Both the position numbers and the translations under genes were made by a program. A DNA stretch of 64,000 bases from Escherichia phage vB_EcoM-S1P5QW, in the sequence record OL956808.1; one strand, written 5' to 3'. The notes beneath the pieces were generated by a model, which was not told the DNA's origin, did no database searches, and saw only the letters and a program-made list of their open reading frames with translations. Positions 38,618 to 48,701 of the stretch are shown here, piece after piece; the stretch's first letter is position 1; every line of letters starts with the position of its first letter.

Positions 38618-38852
38618 ATTAAGTTGGTACCAGTTTAAATCTCTTATGGCAAATGTTAAAGCTGTCATTCAAGAAAATTCAGGACCTGATAATGTTACTA
38701 TTCGCGAAAAAGCTTTAAAGATAGTATACAGTCTTGAAGAGATACAAAAAGATATTGAATCTATGGCAAAATTTATTGATGAGCCTATTAATAAAGTTTA
38801 TATTCAAGACTATACTGTAGGCCAAATTCGTGATTTAGCGAGGAAAATTTAA
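38610..38852 (+). CDS. hypothetical protein, member 3 of tandem paralog trio (start uncertain)
   Basis: ATG with GAGG SD; alternative ATG at 38595. Confidence 0.4.
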   Translation: MIELSWYQFKSLMANVKAVIQENSGPDNVTIREKALKIVYSLEEIQKDIESMAKFIDEPINKVYIQDYTVGQIRDLARKI

Positions 38853-39535
38853 TGTTTGATTTTATTATAGATTTTGAAACAATGGGAAGCGGTGAAAAAG
38901 CAGCTGTTATTGATTTGGCTGTAATTGCTTTTGACCCTAACCCAGAAGTAGTTGAATCATTCGATGAACTAGTTTCACGTGGCATTAAAATCAAATTTGA
39001 TTTAAAAAGCCAAAAAGGACATCGTCTTTTTACTAAAAGCACTATCGAATGGTGGAAAAATCAGTCTCCTGAAGCTCGAAAAAATATTGCACCATCCGAT
39101 GAAGATGTAAGCACCATTGATGGTATTGCAAAATTCAACGATTACATCAATGCACATAATATCGATCCTTGGAAATCTCAAGGCTGGTGCCGTGGAATGT
39201 CGTTTGATTTTCCAATTTTAGTCGATCTCATTCGCGATATTCAACGTCTTAATGGCGTTTCCGAGAATGAGCTTGATACATTTAAGTTAGAACCATGTAA
39301 ATTCTGGAATCAGCGTGATATTCGTACCAGAATTGAAGCACTTCTGCTTGTTCGTGATATGACCACGTGTCCTCTTCCAAAGGGAACTTTAGATGGATTC
39401 GTTGCACATGATTCTATTCATGACTGTGCGAAAGACATCCTGATGATGAAGTATGCTTTGCGATACGCTATGGGTCTTGAAGATGCTCCGTCAGAGGAAG
39501 ATTGCGATCCTCTGTCTCTTCCAACAAAACGATAA
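38852..39535 (+). CDS. dexA: exonuclease A (DEDDh 3-prime to 5-prime exonuclease)
   Basis: 227 aa, N-terminal DFET motif, recognised as T4 DexA. Confidence 0.85.
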   Translation: MFDFIIDFETMGSGEKAAVIDLAVIAFDPNPEVVESFDELVSRGIKIKFDLKSQKGHRLFTKSTIEWWKNQSPEARKNIAPSDEDVSTIDGIAKFNDYINAHNIDPWKSQGWCRGMSFDFPILVDLIRDIQRLNGVSENELDTFKLEPCKFWNQRDIRTRIEALLLVRDMTTCPLPKGTLDGFVAHDSIHDCAKDILMMKYALRYAMGLEDAPSEEDCDPLSLPTKR

Positions 39536-39541
39536 AAAGTT

Positions 39542-39571
39542 GTTTACTTCCTCGGTTAGTTGTGGTATTAT
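39542..39571 (+). promoter_or_regulatory. T4-type early promoter
   Basis: GTTTAC-N18-TATTAT. Confidence 0.55.
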
Positions 39572-39598
39572 AACACCATAGCTACTGAGGATAATAAA

Positions 39599-40111
39599 AT
39601 GAAAATTTATCGTGTTGAATCATCGTTTAGCGCATTAAATGATGATAGTGGTATAGTCAAAATTAGGCAAGAGTTATGCGTTCAATCAACTCCTTATCGT
39701 GGATTTGATTCTATGAAAACTCGAACTTGGCTAAAATTTTGCGGTATTAATTCATCGTCATTTCATCATCATAGCGATAATTATGAAAGCCATGAAAGTA
39801 TTCCTATTCCACACGATGATAAGTTATTAGTTGAAAATGCTAATGATGTTATTAAAACTAAATGGAATAAAGATTATTCACGAATTGAAAATTATATTCC
39901 ATTGTGGTTTATTGCATTATATCATTTTGCTTTCGCTAGTGAATATGATATGATGAGATGGTTCACTCGAGAAGAGCGTGAAGACTTAAAAGAACGTGGA
40001 ATGTACATTGCGATTTATGAAGTGCCAGATGACCAAGTTATCATTGGCGGACATCAAGTAATGTTCCGCAAATCGCATGCCGAATTAAAAGGCTTTATTA
40101 CTTTAGATTAA
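39599..40111 (+). CDS. hypothetical protein
   Basis: 170 aa from ATG with GAGGA SD after an early promoter. Confidence 0.45.
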   Translation: MKIYRVESSFSALNDDSGIVKIRQELCVQSTPYRGFDSMKTRTWLKFCGINSSSFHHHSDNYESHESIPIPHDDKLLVENANDVIKTKWNKDYSRIENYIPLWFIALYHFAFASEYDMMRWFTREEREDLKERGMYIAIYEVPDDQVIIGGHQVMFRKSHAELKGFITLD

Positions 40112-40121
40112 AGAGAAAATC

Positions 40122-40559
40122 ATGATTAAAAATAATGCTGTTTATCAATTGAAAAAATTTGATGAAATTAAGAATTTTTCGGTACTGTCTAATACAGCTC
40201 ATAATAAGTTTTGTGAACTTCTTGGTTTAACTGGCGGATATCCTTTTACTGTTATTAGTGTTAATAGCGGAATTCTTATCGGTATGATGTATATTGAAAT
40301 TAGAAACTATTATGGAATGGTATCATCGCTTATTATTTATGAAAAAGATTTTAGTCTATTGACAGAAATTGAAAAACCTGAAGATCCAACTGATCTGCTG
40401 CGTAAGGCAGTTTATATTCGTCGTCCATTCGCGAATCCTGTTGGTGGATGGGTGACTGATCAGTGGATTGAAGATGGTGTTGAACTTCTGAACGTAGTTC
40501 ATGCTGGAGAGTACTCTGTAGTTCCTCGCAGCGCAGTGATTAATGTTCGTGTAAGCTAG
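40122..40559 (+). CDS. hypothetical protein with conserved C-terminal DQW(I/V)EDG module
   Basis: 145 aa; shares C-terminal ~30 aa with the next two ORFs. Confidence 0.45.
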   Translation: MIKNNAVYQLKKFDEIKNFSVLSNTAHNKFCELLGLTGGYPFTVISVNSGILIGMMYIEIRNYYGMVSSLIIYEKDFSLLTEIEKPEDPTDLLRKAVYIRRPFANPVGGWVTDQWIEDGVELLNVVHAGEYSVVPRSAVINVRVS

Positions 40560-40588
40560 TTTACAAACTCTTGGGACCAGAGTATAAT
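40559..40588 (+). promoter_or_regulatory. T4-type early promoter
   Basis: GTTTAC-N18-TATAAT. Confidence 0.55.
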
Positions 40589-40631
40589 GGTCCTGCGGAG
40601 TATAAATCTTAACAACAAAGAGAGAAAAATT

Positions 40632-41105
40632 ATGATTACTATCGGTGAAATTAAGCGTGTATCGTCTGCATCTCGTTCTAAAGCTGCAGGTCGTTTAGTT
40701 GAAGTGGTAGGACTTCGTACTAATGGTACTGGTCGTGTTAAAGAAGTTAAAGTTCGAATCATTCCTAGTTCTGGAAAAACTGAAACTCAGTACGCTTACG
40801 TAAGTCCTAAATTTCTGGAAACTCGTGTTAGCTCTCATTTTGCTTCTGTTGAAGAAGTTGAATCTACTGAGTCTAATACACAATTTAAATGGGCGTTGTG
40901 TAAAGGCGTTGAATTTGTAACTGATGAAGAATTCGATTATATTGATGATTTCGCTGGTCCAAGTAAAACTGATAGGATGTGTGGCTTCATCACAGACCAA
41001 TGGGTTGAAGATGGTGAAAAGCTCTACAATATCGTATTCTTAGGTGACTTCCGGGTTGTTGAAGAATCTGAAATCACTCGTTATGCTTCTCCTCGTAAAG
41101 CTTAA
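40632..41105 (+). CDS. hypothetical protein, paralog with DQWVEDG module
   Basis: 157 aa from ATG; full-length paralog of the next ORF. Confidence 0.45.
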   Translation: MITIGEIKRVSSASRSKAAGRLVEVVGLRTNGTGRVKEVKVRIIPSSGKTETQYAYVSPKFLETRVSSHFASVEEVESTESNTQFKWALCKGVEFVTDEEFDYIDDFAGPSKTDRMCGFITDQWVEDGEKLYNIVFLGDFRVVEESEITRYASPRKA

Positions 41106-41114
41106 GGAATTATT

Positions 41115-41534
41115 ATGAATATTGTAAATCTCTCTACTGGTGATTACGTATATGTATCCGTTGCTTCTCGTTCTAAAGTTGCAGGAAAGCTGGTTGAAGT
41201 TCTTTCTGTAAGTGATCCAGTTTTTGGTCGTAACGAGGTTAAAGTTCGTGACGCTGATGGTAACATTGGTTATGTCTCAAGTCAGTTCATTGAGCCAGAA
41301 GAACGCGCATTTAAATGGAAACTTTGTTCTTCAGTTTTAGTTGTAAAAGACCATAAATTCACAATTGCGGCGGCAACAGATGGAACTCCATGGACAACGA
41401 ATCAAGTCGCTGGTTTTATTTCGGACCGTTGGGTAGAAGATGGTGTCAAGCTCTACAATATTGTTTTTGCAGGCCAGTTCATGGTAGTTCCTGAATTCCA
41501 AATTAAAAAATGGTGCGAAGCAGCTTTAGCATAA
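41115..41534 (+). CDS. hypothetical protein, paralog with DRWVEDG module
   Basis: 139 aa. Confidence 0.45.
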   Translation: MNIVNLSTGDYVYVSVASRSKVAGKLVEVLSVSDPVFGRNEVKVRDADGNIGYVSSQFIEPEERAFKWKLCSSVLVVKDHKFTIAAATDGTPWTTNQVAGFISDRWVEDGVKLYNIVFAGQFMVVPEFQIKKWCEAALA

Positions 41535-41643
41535 ATTTGCATAAAGTTTAAATTTTTTTTTCATAAAACTATATACATCAGTAGTTGATTATGGTACTAT
41601 ATCAATATCAACTACTGATACAGAAAACAACTTGGAGAATAAA

Positions 41644-41913
41644 ATGGAAAATTTAATTATCATCGAGCAATCTTTCAATGATTATGGTATGGCTTACGGT
41701 TATCGTGCGATAATGGAAGATTCTCGTGGATGTGTTATCGATATTGCTGAATGTAAAGATTTACTGCAGCTTTTGAAGATTGTTCGCAAAAATTGGGATT
41801 GCGAAAATATTAAAGTTCGAGTTGTTACAGAAGAAGAAACTGTTTTTCATGATGTAAAATTCGCTAAAGGTGCTGCTACTCTTCTGAAACGCATCGCTCC
41901 ACTGTTCAATTAA
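41644..41913 (+). CDS. hypothetical protein
   Basis: 89 aa from ATG with GGAGA SD; downstream of a promoter embedded in a stem-loop. Confidence 0.4.
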   Translation: MENLIIIEQSFNDYGMAYGYRAIMEDSRGCVIDIAECKDLLQLLKIVRKNWDCENIKVRVVTEEETVFHDVKFAKGAATLLKRIAPLFN

Positions 41914-41926
41914 TGAGGAAATTGTA

Positions 41927-42142
41927 ATGAAACGTAAAATTGTTCAGAATTGCACTAATGACGAATTTGAAGATGTACTATTCGATCCAGATTTGGTAGT
42001 AGTTCAAAAAGAACATACCGTTAAGTTTACTCACTTGACTTCGGTTTATGTGTATGAAAAGGTTGGTGATAAACAACCAATTTACGGTGTATTTCGTGAA
42101 ATTACTGAAGATGGCACAACTTACTGGAAGGAAACTTATTAA
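41927..42142 (+). CDS. hypothetical protein
   Basis: 71-aa ORF, GAGGAAA SD. Confidence 0.4.
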   Translation: MKRKIVQNCTNDEFEDVLFDPDLVVVQKEHTVKFTHLTSVYVYEKVGDKQPIYGVFREITEDGTTYWKETY

Positions 42143-42567
42143 TGGCTATTAAATTTGAAGTTAATAAATGGTATCAATTTAAAAATAAACAAGCTCAAGA
42201 AGATTTTATCAAGGACCATACTGAAAACGGAATTTATGCACGTCGTCTTGGTATGGAACCTTTTAGAGTTACAGATATTGACTATCTTGGTCGTCCTACT
42301 AAACTTGTGACATCTAGTGGAAAATTGGCGTTATCTTCTGGTAAAGATATTTTGGATGAAGATTTTATCTGGCTTTCAACGAGCGAAGCTGTGTTCTTTG
42401 ATGAAGTGGAAAATCCATACCAGGCAGCCGAAGAGCAAGAGCAGGAAGAGAAAGAGCAAGAACAAATAGAAGATTTCACAGAATTCCCGGTCATGAAAGT
42501 TACTATTGAAAATAATGAACATGCATGGTCCTTGTATCAGATGTTGAAAGCACATTTTAAGGAATAA
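42142..42567 (+). CDS. hypothetical acidic protein (possibly GoF-like)
   Basis: 141 aa, Glu/Gln-rich acidic stretch; size matches T4 goF. Confidence 0.35.
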   Translation: MAIKFEVNKWYQFKNKQAQEDFIKDHTENGIYARRLGMEPFRVTDIDYLGRPTKLVTSSGKLALSSGKDILDEDFIWLSTSEAVFFDEVENPYQAAEEQEQEEKEQEQIEDFTEFPVMKVTIENNEHAWSLYQMLKAHFKE

Positions 42568-42569
42568 TT

Positions 42570-42746
42570 ATGCCAATGTATGATTATAAATGCCAATCCG
42601 AAGATTGCGGGCATGAATATGAAAAAATTAAAAAGATTTCTGAACGAGAAAATGATGTTTGCCCTAAATGCCATCGTTTGTCTACTCGTCGGCCTTCTGC
42701 TCCTAAGCATGTGAATGGTGGTTTTTACGATTTACTTAAAGGGTGA
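42570..42746 (+). CDS. FmdB-family-like zinc-ribbon protein (58 aa)
   Basis: not in track; MPMYDYKCxxxxCGHEYE...CPKCH pattern. Confidence 0.4.
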   Translation: MPMYDYKCQSEDCGHEYEKIKKISERENDVCPKCHRLSTRRPSAPKHVNGGFYDLLKG

Positions 42747-42748
42747 TT

Positions 42749-43120
42749 ATGTTTAAAATCGGTAAGAAATATCGTATTCGCGAAGGCGAAGAAAAGAAAT
42801 ATCTAATGTCTGCTATTTATAGGAATGGTTCTATTAATGCTGTAATATCTACAAGCGAATTTATCGTTGAAGATATGAAAGGTCATAATGTTACAATGAT
42901 TAGTACAGCATCTGGAAATGATGGAAAAATTCTTCATAGTTGTCAGAGTAATGTTCTAATTTATGATGAAGAATTTGACTTCTTCAAAGAAGTTTCCGAA
43001 GATTTTGATTTTGAATGTACTATTACTATGAAATCTGGTGACCCTCTTTCTTTTACAGTTAAAGATGAAAGAAGCCGTTTAAGAATTATTAGTCTCCTTC
43101 AAGCTATTAAATTTAAGTGA
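42749..43120 (+). CDS. hypothetical protein
   Basis: 123 aa from ATG; track start is GTG. Confidence 0.4.
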   Translation: MFKIGKKYRIREGEEKKYLMSAIYRNGSINAVISTSEFIVEDMKGHNVTMISTASGNDGKILHSCQSNVLIYDEEFDFFKEVSEDFDFECTITMKSGDPLSFTVKDERSRLRIISLLQAIKFK

Positions 43121-43125
43121 AAATT

Positions 43126-43386
43126 ATGAAATATATTAATCGTTCTATTGCAGCATTAGTATTAGCAGTATCTTTAGTAGGATGCACTGATGCTGATAAT
43201 GCAACTAAAATTTTATCATCAAGTGGTTTTACGAATATTGAAATCACTGGATATAATTGGTTTGGTTGTTCTGAAAATGATTTCCAACATACTGGATTTC
43301 GTGCTATTGGACCTACTGGGCAGAAAGTAGAAGGAACAGTATGTTCTGGGCTGTTCTTTAAGGATTCAACTATTCGTTTTAAATAA
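43126..43386 (+). CDS. putative lipoprotein
   Basis: signal peptide with LVGC lipobox; followed by terminator hairpin. Confidence 0.45.
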   Translation: MKYINRSIAALVLAVSLVGCTDADNATKILSSSGFTNIEITGYNWFGCSENDFQHTGFRAIGPTGQKVEGTVCSGLFFKDSTIRFK

Positions 43387-43388
43387 AA

Positions 43389-43403
43389 GGCCTTCGGGCC
43401 TTT
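43389..43403 (+). terminator. UUCG-tetraloop hairpin before gene 39
   Basis: GGCCTTCGGGCC then TTT. Confidence 0.45.
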
Positions 43404-43455
43404 AGCTTTATGATTGCCGGAGTATAATATTCCCGAAACCAAACGAGGATAAGTG

Positions 43456-45273
43456 ATGATTAAGAATGAAATTAAAATTCTGAGCGATATTGAACATATC
43501 AAAAAGCGTAGCGGCATGTACATTGGCTCTTCAGCTAATGAAATGCATGAGCGCTTTCTGTTTGGTAAATGGGAAAGTGTTCAGTATGTACCTGGTCTTG
43601 TTAAGCTTATTGATGAAATTATCGATAACTCAGTAGATGAAGGTATTCGTACTAAGTTTAAATTCGCAAATAAAATTAATGTTACTATTAAAAATAATCA
43701 AGTAACAGTTGAAGATAACGGTCGTGGTATTCCACAGGCGATGGTTAAAACACCTACCGGTGAAGAAATTCCTGGTCCTGTTGCTGCGTGGACTATTCCA
43801 AAAGCAGGTGGTAACTTCGGTGATGATAAAGAACGCGTCACCGGCGGTATGAATGGTGTTGGTTCTAGTTTGACAAACATTTTTTCTGTGATGTTTGTTG
43901 GTGAAACTGGCGATGGTCAAAATAATATTGTAGTTCGTTGTTCAAACGGCATGGAAAATAAATCATGGGAAGATATTCCTGGAAAATGGAAAGGAACCCG
44001 TGTTACTTTCATTCCTGATTTTATGTCATTTGAAACTAATGAGCTGTCCCAAGTTTATCTTGACATTACATTAGATCGTCTCCAGACACTTGCTGTTGTT
44101 TATCCTGATATTCAATTTACCTTTAATGGTAAAAAGGTTCAGGGTAATTTTAAGAAATATGCACGCCAATATGATGAGCATGCTATTGTTCAAGAACAAG
44201 AAAATTGTTCTATTGCGGTTGGTCGTTCACCGGATGGTTTTCGTCAATTAACATACGTCAATAACATTCATACTAAGAATGGTGGCCATCACATTGACTG
44301 TGTTATGGATGATATTTGTGAAGACCTTATTCCACAAATCAAACGTAAGTTCAAAATTGATGTAACTAAAGCACGTGTCAAAGAATGTTTGACTATCGTT
44401 ATGTTTGTTCGTGATATGAAAAACATGCGATTTGATTCTCAAACTAAAGAGCGTTTGACTTCTCCATTTGGCGAAATTCGTAGTCATATTCAGCTTGATG
44501 CTAAAAAGATTTCACGCGCTATTCTAAATAATGAAGCAATTCTAATGCCAATTATTGAAGCAGCATTAGCTCGTAAATTGGCAGCAGAAAAAGCAGCAGA
44601 AACTAAAGCAGCTAAAAAGGCTTCTAAAGCTAAGGTTCATAAACATATCAAAGCGAATCTTTGCGGTAAAGATGCTGACACTACATTGTTCTTGACTGAG
44701 GGTGATTCAGCTATCGGATATCTTATTGATGTTCGCGATAAAGAACTTCATGGTGGTTATCCATTGCGCGGTAAAGTTCTTAATAGCTGGGGTATGTCAT
44801 ATGCCGATATGCTTAAAAACAAAGAACTATTTGATATTTGCGCAATCACTGGTCTAGTTCTTGGTGAAAAAGCTGAAAACTTGAATTATCGCAATATTGC
44901 TATTATGACTGATGCTGACCATGATGGTCTAGGAAGCATTTATCCTTCTCTGCTCGGATTTTTTAGTAATTGGCCAGAATTGTTTGAGCAAGGACGAATT
45001 CGCTTTGTCAAAACTCCTGTAATCATCGCTCAGGTCGGTAAAAAACAAGAATGGTTTTATACAGTCGCTGAATATGAGAGTGCCAAAGATGCTCTACCTA
45101 AACATAGCATCCGTTATATTAAGGGACTTGGCTCTTTGGAAAAATCTGAATATCGTGAGATGATTCAAAATCCAGTATATGATGTTGTTAAACTTCCTGA
45201 GAATTGGAAAGAGCTTTTTGAAATGCTCATGGGAGATAATGCTGACCTTCGTAAAGAATGGATGAGCCAGTAG
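43456..45273 (+). CDS. 39: DNA topoisomerase II large subunit (GyrB-like ATPase + TOPRIM), fused form
   Basis: 605 aa continuous ORF from ATG with GAGGA SD; contains both the ATPase part and the TOPRIM part (MTDADHDG). Confidence 0.9.
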   Translation: MIKNEIKILSDIEHIKKRSGMYIGSSANEMHERFLFGKWESVQYVPGLVKLIDEIIDNSVDEGIRTKFKFANKINVTIKNNQVTVEDNGRGIPQAMVKTPTGEEIPGPVAAWTIPKAGGNFGDDKERVTGGMNGVGSSLTNIFSVMFVGETGDGQNNIVVRCSNGMENKSWEDIPGKWKGTRVTFIPDFMSFETNELSQVYLDITLDRLQTLAVVYPDIQFTFNGKKVQGNFKKYARQYDEHAIVQEQENCSIAVGRSPDGFRQLTYVNNIHTKNGGHHIDCVMDDICEDLIPQIKRKFKIDVTKARVKECLTIVMFVRDMKNMRFDSQTKERLTSPFGEIRSHIQLDAKKISRAILNNEAILMPIIEAALARKLAAEKAAETKAAKKASKAKVHKHIKANLCGKDADTTLFLTEGDSAIGYLIDVRDKELHGGYPLRGKVLNSWGMSYADMLKNKELFDICAITGLVLGEKAENLNYRNIAIMTDADHDGLGSIYPSLLGFFSNWPELFEQGRIRFVKTPVIIAQVGKKQEWFYTVAEYESAKDALPKHSIRYIKGLGSLEKSEYREMIQNPVYDVVKLPENWKELFEMLMGDNADLRKEWMSQ

Positions 45274-45302
45274 TTTACTTTACCACAAGGATGTGGTATA
45301 AT
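45273..45302 (+). promoter_or_regulatory. T4-type early promoter upstream of rIIA region
   Basis: GTTTAC-N18-TATAAT with TGG extension. Confidence 0.6.
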
Positions 45303-45327
45303 TAATTGGGCAAATGAGGATATTGAA

Positions 45328-45531
45328 ATGAAATCATATAGAGTAAATTTAGAACTTTTTGATAAAGCAGTTCATCGAGAATATAGAATCATTCAACGCT
45401 TTTTCGATATGGGAGAAGCCGAAGAATTTAAAAACCGCTTTAAAGATATTAGAGATAAAATTCAATCCGACACCGCAACTAAAGACGAACTACTAGAAGT
45501 TGCTGAAGTTATTAAGCGTAATATGAATTAA
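45328..45531 (+). CDS. hypothetical protein (T4 rIIA.1-like)
   Basis: 67-aa ORF between 39 and rIIA, after an early promoter. Confidence 0.4.
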   Translation: MKSYRVNLELFDKAVHREYRIIQRFFDMGEAEEFKNRFKDIRDKIQSDTATKDELLEVAEVIKRNMN

Positions 45532-45541
45532 TGAGGAAATT

Positions 45542-47719
45542 ATGATTATCACCACTGAAAAAGAAACAATTCTTGGTAATGGTTCTAAATCAAAAGCATT
45601 TAGCATCACAGCATCTCCTAAAGTATTTAAAATTCTGTCGTCTGATTTGTATACAAACAAGATTCGTGCAGTAGTCCGTGAATTGATTACCAACATGATT
45701 GATGCCCATGCTCTCAATGGAAATCCTGAAAAATTTATTATTCAAGTTCCTGGACGTTTAGATCCACGATTTGTTTGCCGAGATTTTGGTCCGGGTATGA
45801 GTGATTTTGATATTCAGGGTGATGATAATTCTCCTGGGTTGTATAATTCATATTTCAGTTCATCTAAGGCTGAATCTAACGATTTCATTGGCGGATTTGG
45901 TTTAGGTTCTAAATCTCCGTTTAGTTATACTGATACATTTAGTATTACTTCATATCATAAAGGCGAAATTCGTGGTTATGTAGCTTACATGGATGGTGAC
46001 GGTCCGCAGATTAAACCTACATTCGTAAAAGAAATGGGTCCAGATGATAAAACTGGTATTGAAATCGTAGTTCCAGTTGAAGAAAAAGACTTTAGAAACT
46101 TTGCTTATGAAGTTTCTTATATCATGCGACCGTTCAAAGATTTGGCTATCATTAATGGTCTTGACCGCGAAATTGATTATTTTCCTGATTTTGATGATTA
46201 TTATGGTGTAAATCCAGAAAGATACTGGCCTGATCGTGGTGAATTATATGCTATCTATGGCGGTATTGTTTATCCTATCGATGGTGTTATTAGAGACCGT
46301 AACTGGCTAAGCATTCGCAATGAAGTGAATTACATTAAGTTTCCAATGGGTTCACTTGATATTGCTCCATCTCGCGAGGCTCTTTCACTAGATGATCGCA
46401 CTCGTAAAAATATCATTGAACGAGTTAAAGAACTCAGTGAGAAAGCATTTAATGAAGATGTAAAACGATTTAAAGAATCTACATCTCCTCGTCACACATA
46501 TCGCGAATTAATGAAGATGGGGTATTCTGCTCGAGATTATATGATTAGTAATTCAGTCAAATTCACGACTAAAAATCTGTCATATAAAAAGATGCAGAGC
46601 ATGTTTGAACCTGACAGTAAGTTATGCAATGCAGGAGTTGTGTATGAAGTAAATCTTGACCCTCGACTGAAACGCATTAAGCAAAGTCATGAAACTTCAG
46701 CCGTTGCATCAAGTTATCGTCTGTTTGGTATTAATACAACAAAAATTAATATCGTTATTGATAATATTAAAAATCGTGTTAATATTGTTCGTGGATTAGC
46801 ACGTGCGTTAGATGATAGTGAATTTAATAACACTTTGAATATTCATCATAACGAACGCCTTTTGTTTATTAACCCAGAAATAGAATCGCAGATTGATTTA
46901 CTTCCTGATATTATGGCGATGTTTGAAAGTGATGAAGTTAACATTCATTATTTGTCAGAAATTGAAGCTTTAGTAAAAAGTTATATTCCAAAGGTAGTTA
47001 AAAGTAAAGCTCCTCGTCCTAAAGCTGCTACAGCATTTAAGTTTGAAATTAAAGATGGGCGTTGGGAAAAAGAGGAATTATTTACACTTACGTCAGAAGC
47101 AGATGAAATTACTGGTTATGTAGCGTATATGCATCGTTCTGATATTTTCTCTATGGATGGTACTACATCACTTTGTCATCCATCTATGAATATTTTGATT
47201 CGTATGGCTAATCTTATTGGCATTAATGAATTTTATGTTATTCGTCCGCTTTTACAGAAAAAGGTAAAAGAACTCGGTCAGTGCCAATGTATTTTTGAAG
47301 CTTTGCGTGATTTATATGTAGATGCTTTTGATGATGTAGATTATGATAAGTATGTAGGTTATTCAAGTTCAGCTCAACGATATATTGATAAAATTATCAA
47401 GTATCCTGAACTAGATTTTATGATGAAGTACTTCAGTACAGATGAAGTTTCTGAAGAATATACACGACTTGGTAATATGGTTAGTTCATTACGCGGTGTA
47501 TATTTCAACGGTGGAAAAGATACCATCGGTCATGATATCTGGACAGTAACTAATCTCTTTGATGAATTATCACGTAATGCTTCAAAAAATAGTGATAAAA
47601 TGGTTGCTGAGTTTACCAAGAAATTCCGTATTGTTTCCGACTTCATCGGTTATCGCAACTCTTTAAGTGATGATGAAGTTTCCCAAATCGCTAAAACTAT
47701 GAAGGCCCTTGCGGCCTAA
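45542..47719 (+). CDS. rIIA: rIIA protein
   Basis: 725 aa, recognised as T4 rIIA. Confidence 0.95.
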   Translation: MIITTEKETILGNGSKSKAFSITASPKVFKILSSDLYTNKIRAVVRELITNMIDAHALNGNPEKFIIQVPGRLDPRFVCRDFGPGMSDFDIQGDDNSPGLYNSYFSSSKAESNDFIGGFGLGSKSPFSYTDTFSITSYHKGEIRGYVAYMDGDGPQIKPTFVKEMGPDDKTGIEIVVPVEEKDFRNFAYEVSYIMRPFKDLAIINGLDREIDYFPDFDDYYGVNPERYWPDRGELYAIYGGIVYPIDGVIRDRNWLSIRNEVNYIKFPMGSLDIAPSREALSLDDRTRKNIIERVKELSEKAFNEDVKRFKESTSPRHTYRELMKMGYSARDYMISNSVKFTTKNLSYKKMQSMFEPDSKLCNAGVVYEVNLDPRLKRIKQSHETSAVASSYRLFGINTTKINIVIDNIKNRVNIVRGLARALDDSEFNNTLNIHHNERLLFINPEIESQIDLLPDIMAMFESDEVNIHYLSEIEALVKSYIPKVVKSKAPRPKAATAFKFEIKDGRWEKEELFTLTSEADEITGYVAYMHRSDIFSMDGTTSLCHPSMNILIRMANLIGINEFYVIRPLLQKKVKELGQCQCIFEALRDLYVDAFDDVDYDKYVGYSSSAQRYIDKIIKYPELDFMMKYFSTDEVSEEYTRLGNMVSSLRGVYFNGGKDTIGHDIWTVTNLFDELSRNASKNSDKMVAEFTKKFRIVSDFIGYRNSLSDDEVSQIAKTMKALAA

Positions 47720-47730
47720 TAAGGAAAATT

Positions 47731-48669
47731 ATGTACAATATTAAATGCCTGACCAAAAACGAACAAGCTGAAATTGTTAAATTGTATTCAAGCGGTAATT
47801 ACACCCAACAGGAATTGGCTGATTGGCAAGGTGTATCGGTTGACACAATTCGTCGTGTTTTGAAAAATGCTGAAGAAGCTAAACGCTCTAAAGTTACTAT
47901 TAGCGGTGATATTACAATTAAAGTTAATAGCGATGCAGTTATTGCTCCAGTTGCTAAATCTGACATTATTTGGAATGCATCTAAAAAATTCATTTCAATT
48001 ACTGTTGACGGTGTAACTTATAACGCAACTCCTAATACTCATTCAAACTTCCAGGAAATTCTTAATCTGCTTGTAGCAGATAAGTTGGAAGAAGCGGCAC
48101 AAAAAATTAATGTTCGTCGCGCTGTTGAAAAATATATTTCCGGCGATGTTCGAATTGAAGGCGGAAGCTTGTTCTATCAAAATATCGAATTACGGTCTGG
48201 TTTAGTTGATCGTATTCTCGATTCGATGGAAAAAGGTGAAAACTTTGAATTTTATTTTCCGTTCTTGGAAAATCTGCTGGAAAACCCAAGCCAGAAAGCG
48301 GTATCTCGACTCTTTGATTTCTTGGTAGCAAACGATATTGAAATTACAGAAGATGGTTACTTCTATGCTTGGAAAGTAGTTCGTGACAACTACTTTGACT
48401 GTCACTCAAACACCTTTGATAACAGTCCTGGTAAAGTAGTTAAAATGCCGCGTACTCGTGTGAATGACGATGATACACAAACTTGTTCTCGTGGTCTGCA
48501 TGTATGTTCTAAATCTTATATTCGTCACTTTGGCAGTTCAACCAGCCGAGTTGTAAAAGTTAAAGTACATCCACGTGATGTAGTATCAATTCCGATTGAT
48601 TACAACGATGCTAAAATGCGTACCTGCCAATACGAAGTAGTTGAAGACGTTACTGAACAATTTAAATAA
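47731..48669 (+). CDS. rIIB: rIIB protein
   Basis: 312 aa, position after rIIA, followed by hairpin. Confidence 0.9.
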   Translation: MYNIKCLTKNEQAEIVKLYSSGNYTQQELADWQGVSVDTIRRVLKNAEEAKRSKVTISGDITIKVNSDAVIAPVAKSDIIWNASKKFISITVDGVTYNATPNTHSNFQEILNLLVADKLEEAAQKINVRRAVEKYISGDVRIEGGSLFYQNIELRSGLVDRILDSMEKGENFEFYFPFLENLLENPSQKAVSRLFDFLVANDIEITEDGYFYAWKVVRDNYFDCHSNTFDNSPGKVVKMPRTRVNDDDTQTCSRGLHVCSKSYIRHFGSSTSRVVKVKVHPRDVVSIPIDYNDAKMRTCQYEVVEDVTEQFK

Positions 48670-48684
48670 GGGCTTCGGCCCTTA
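48670..48684 (+). terminator. UUCG-tetraloop hairpin after rIIB
   Basis: GGGCTTCGGCCC. Confidence 0.45.
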
Positions 48685-48701
48685 TCATATTAAGGAAAAT
48701 T

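Noticed and set aside
43456-45273. Gene 60-style translational bypass element
   Set aside because: Gene 39 is unsplit, so no separate gene 60 and no take-off/landing codon arrangement is expected or seen.
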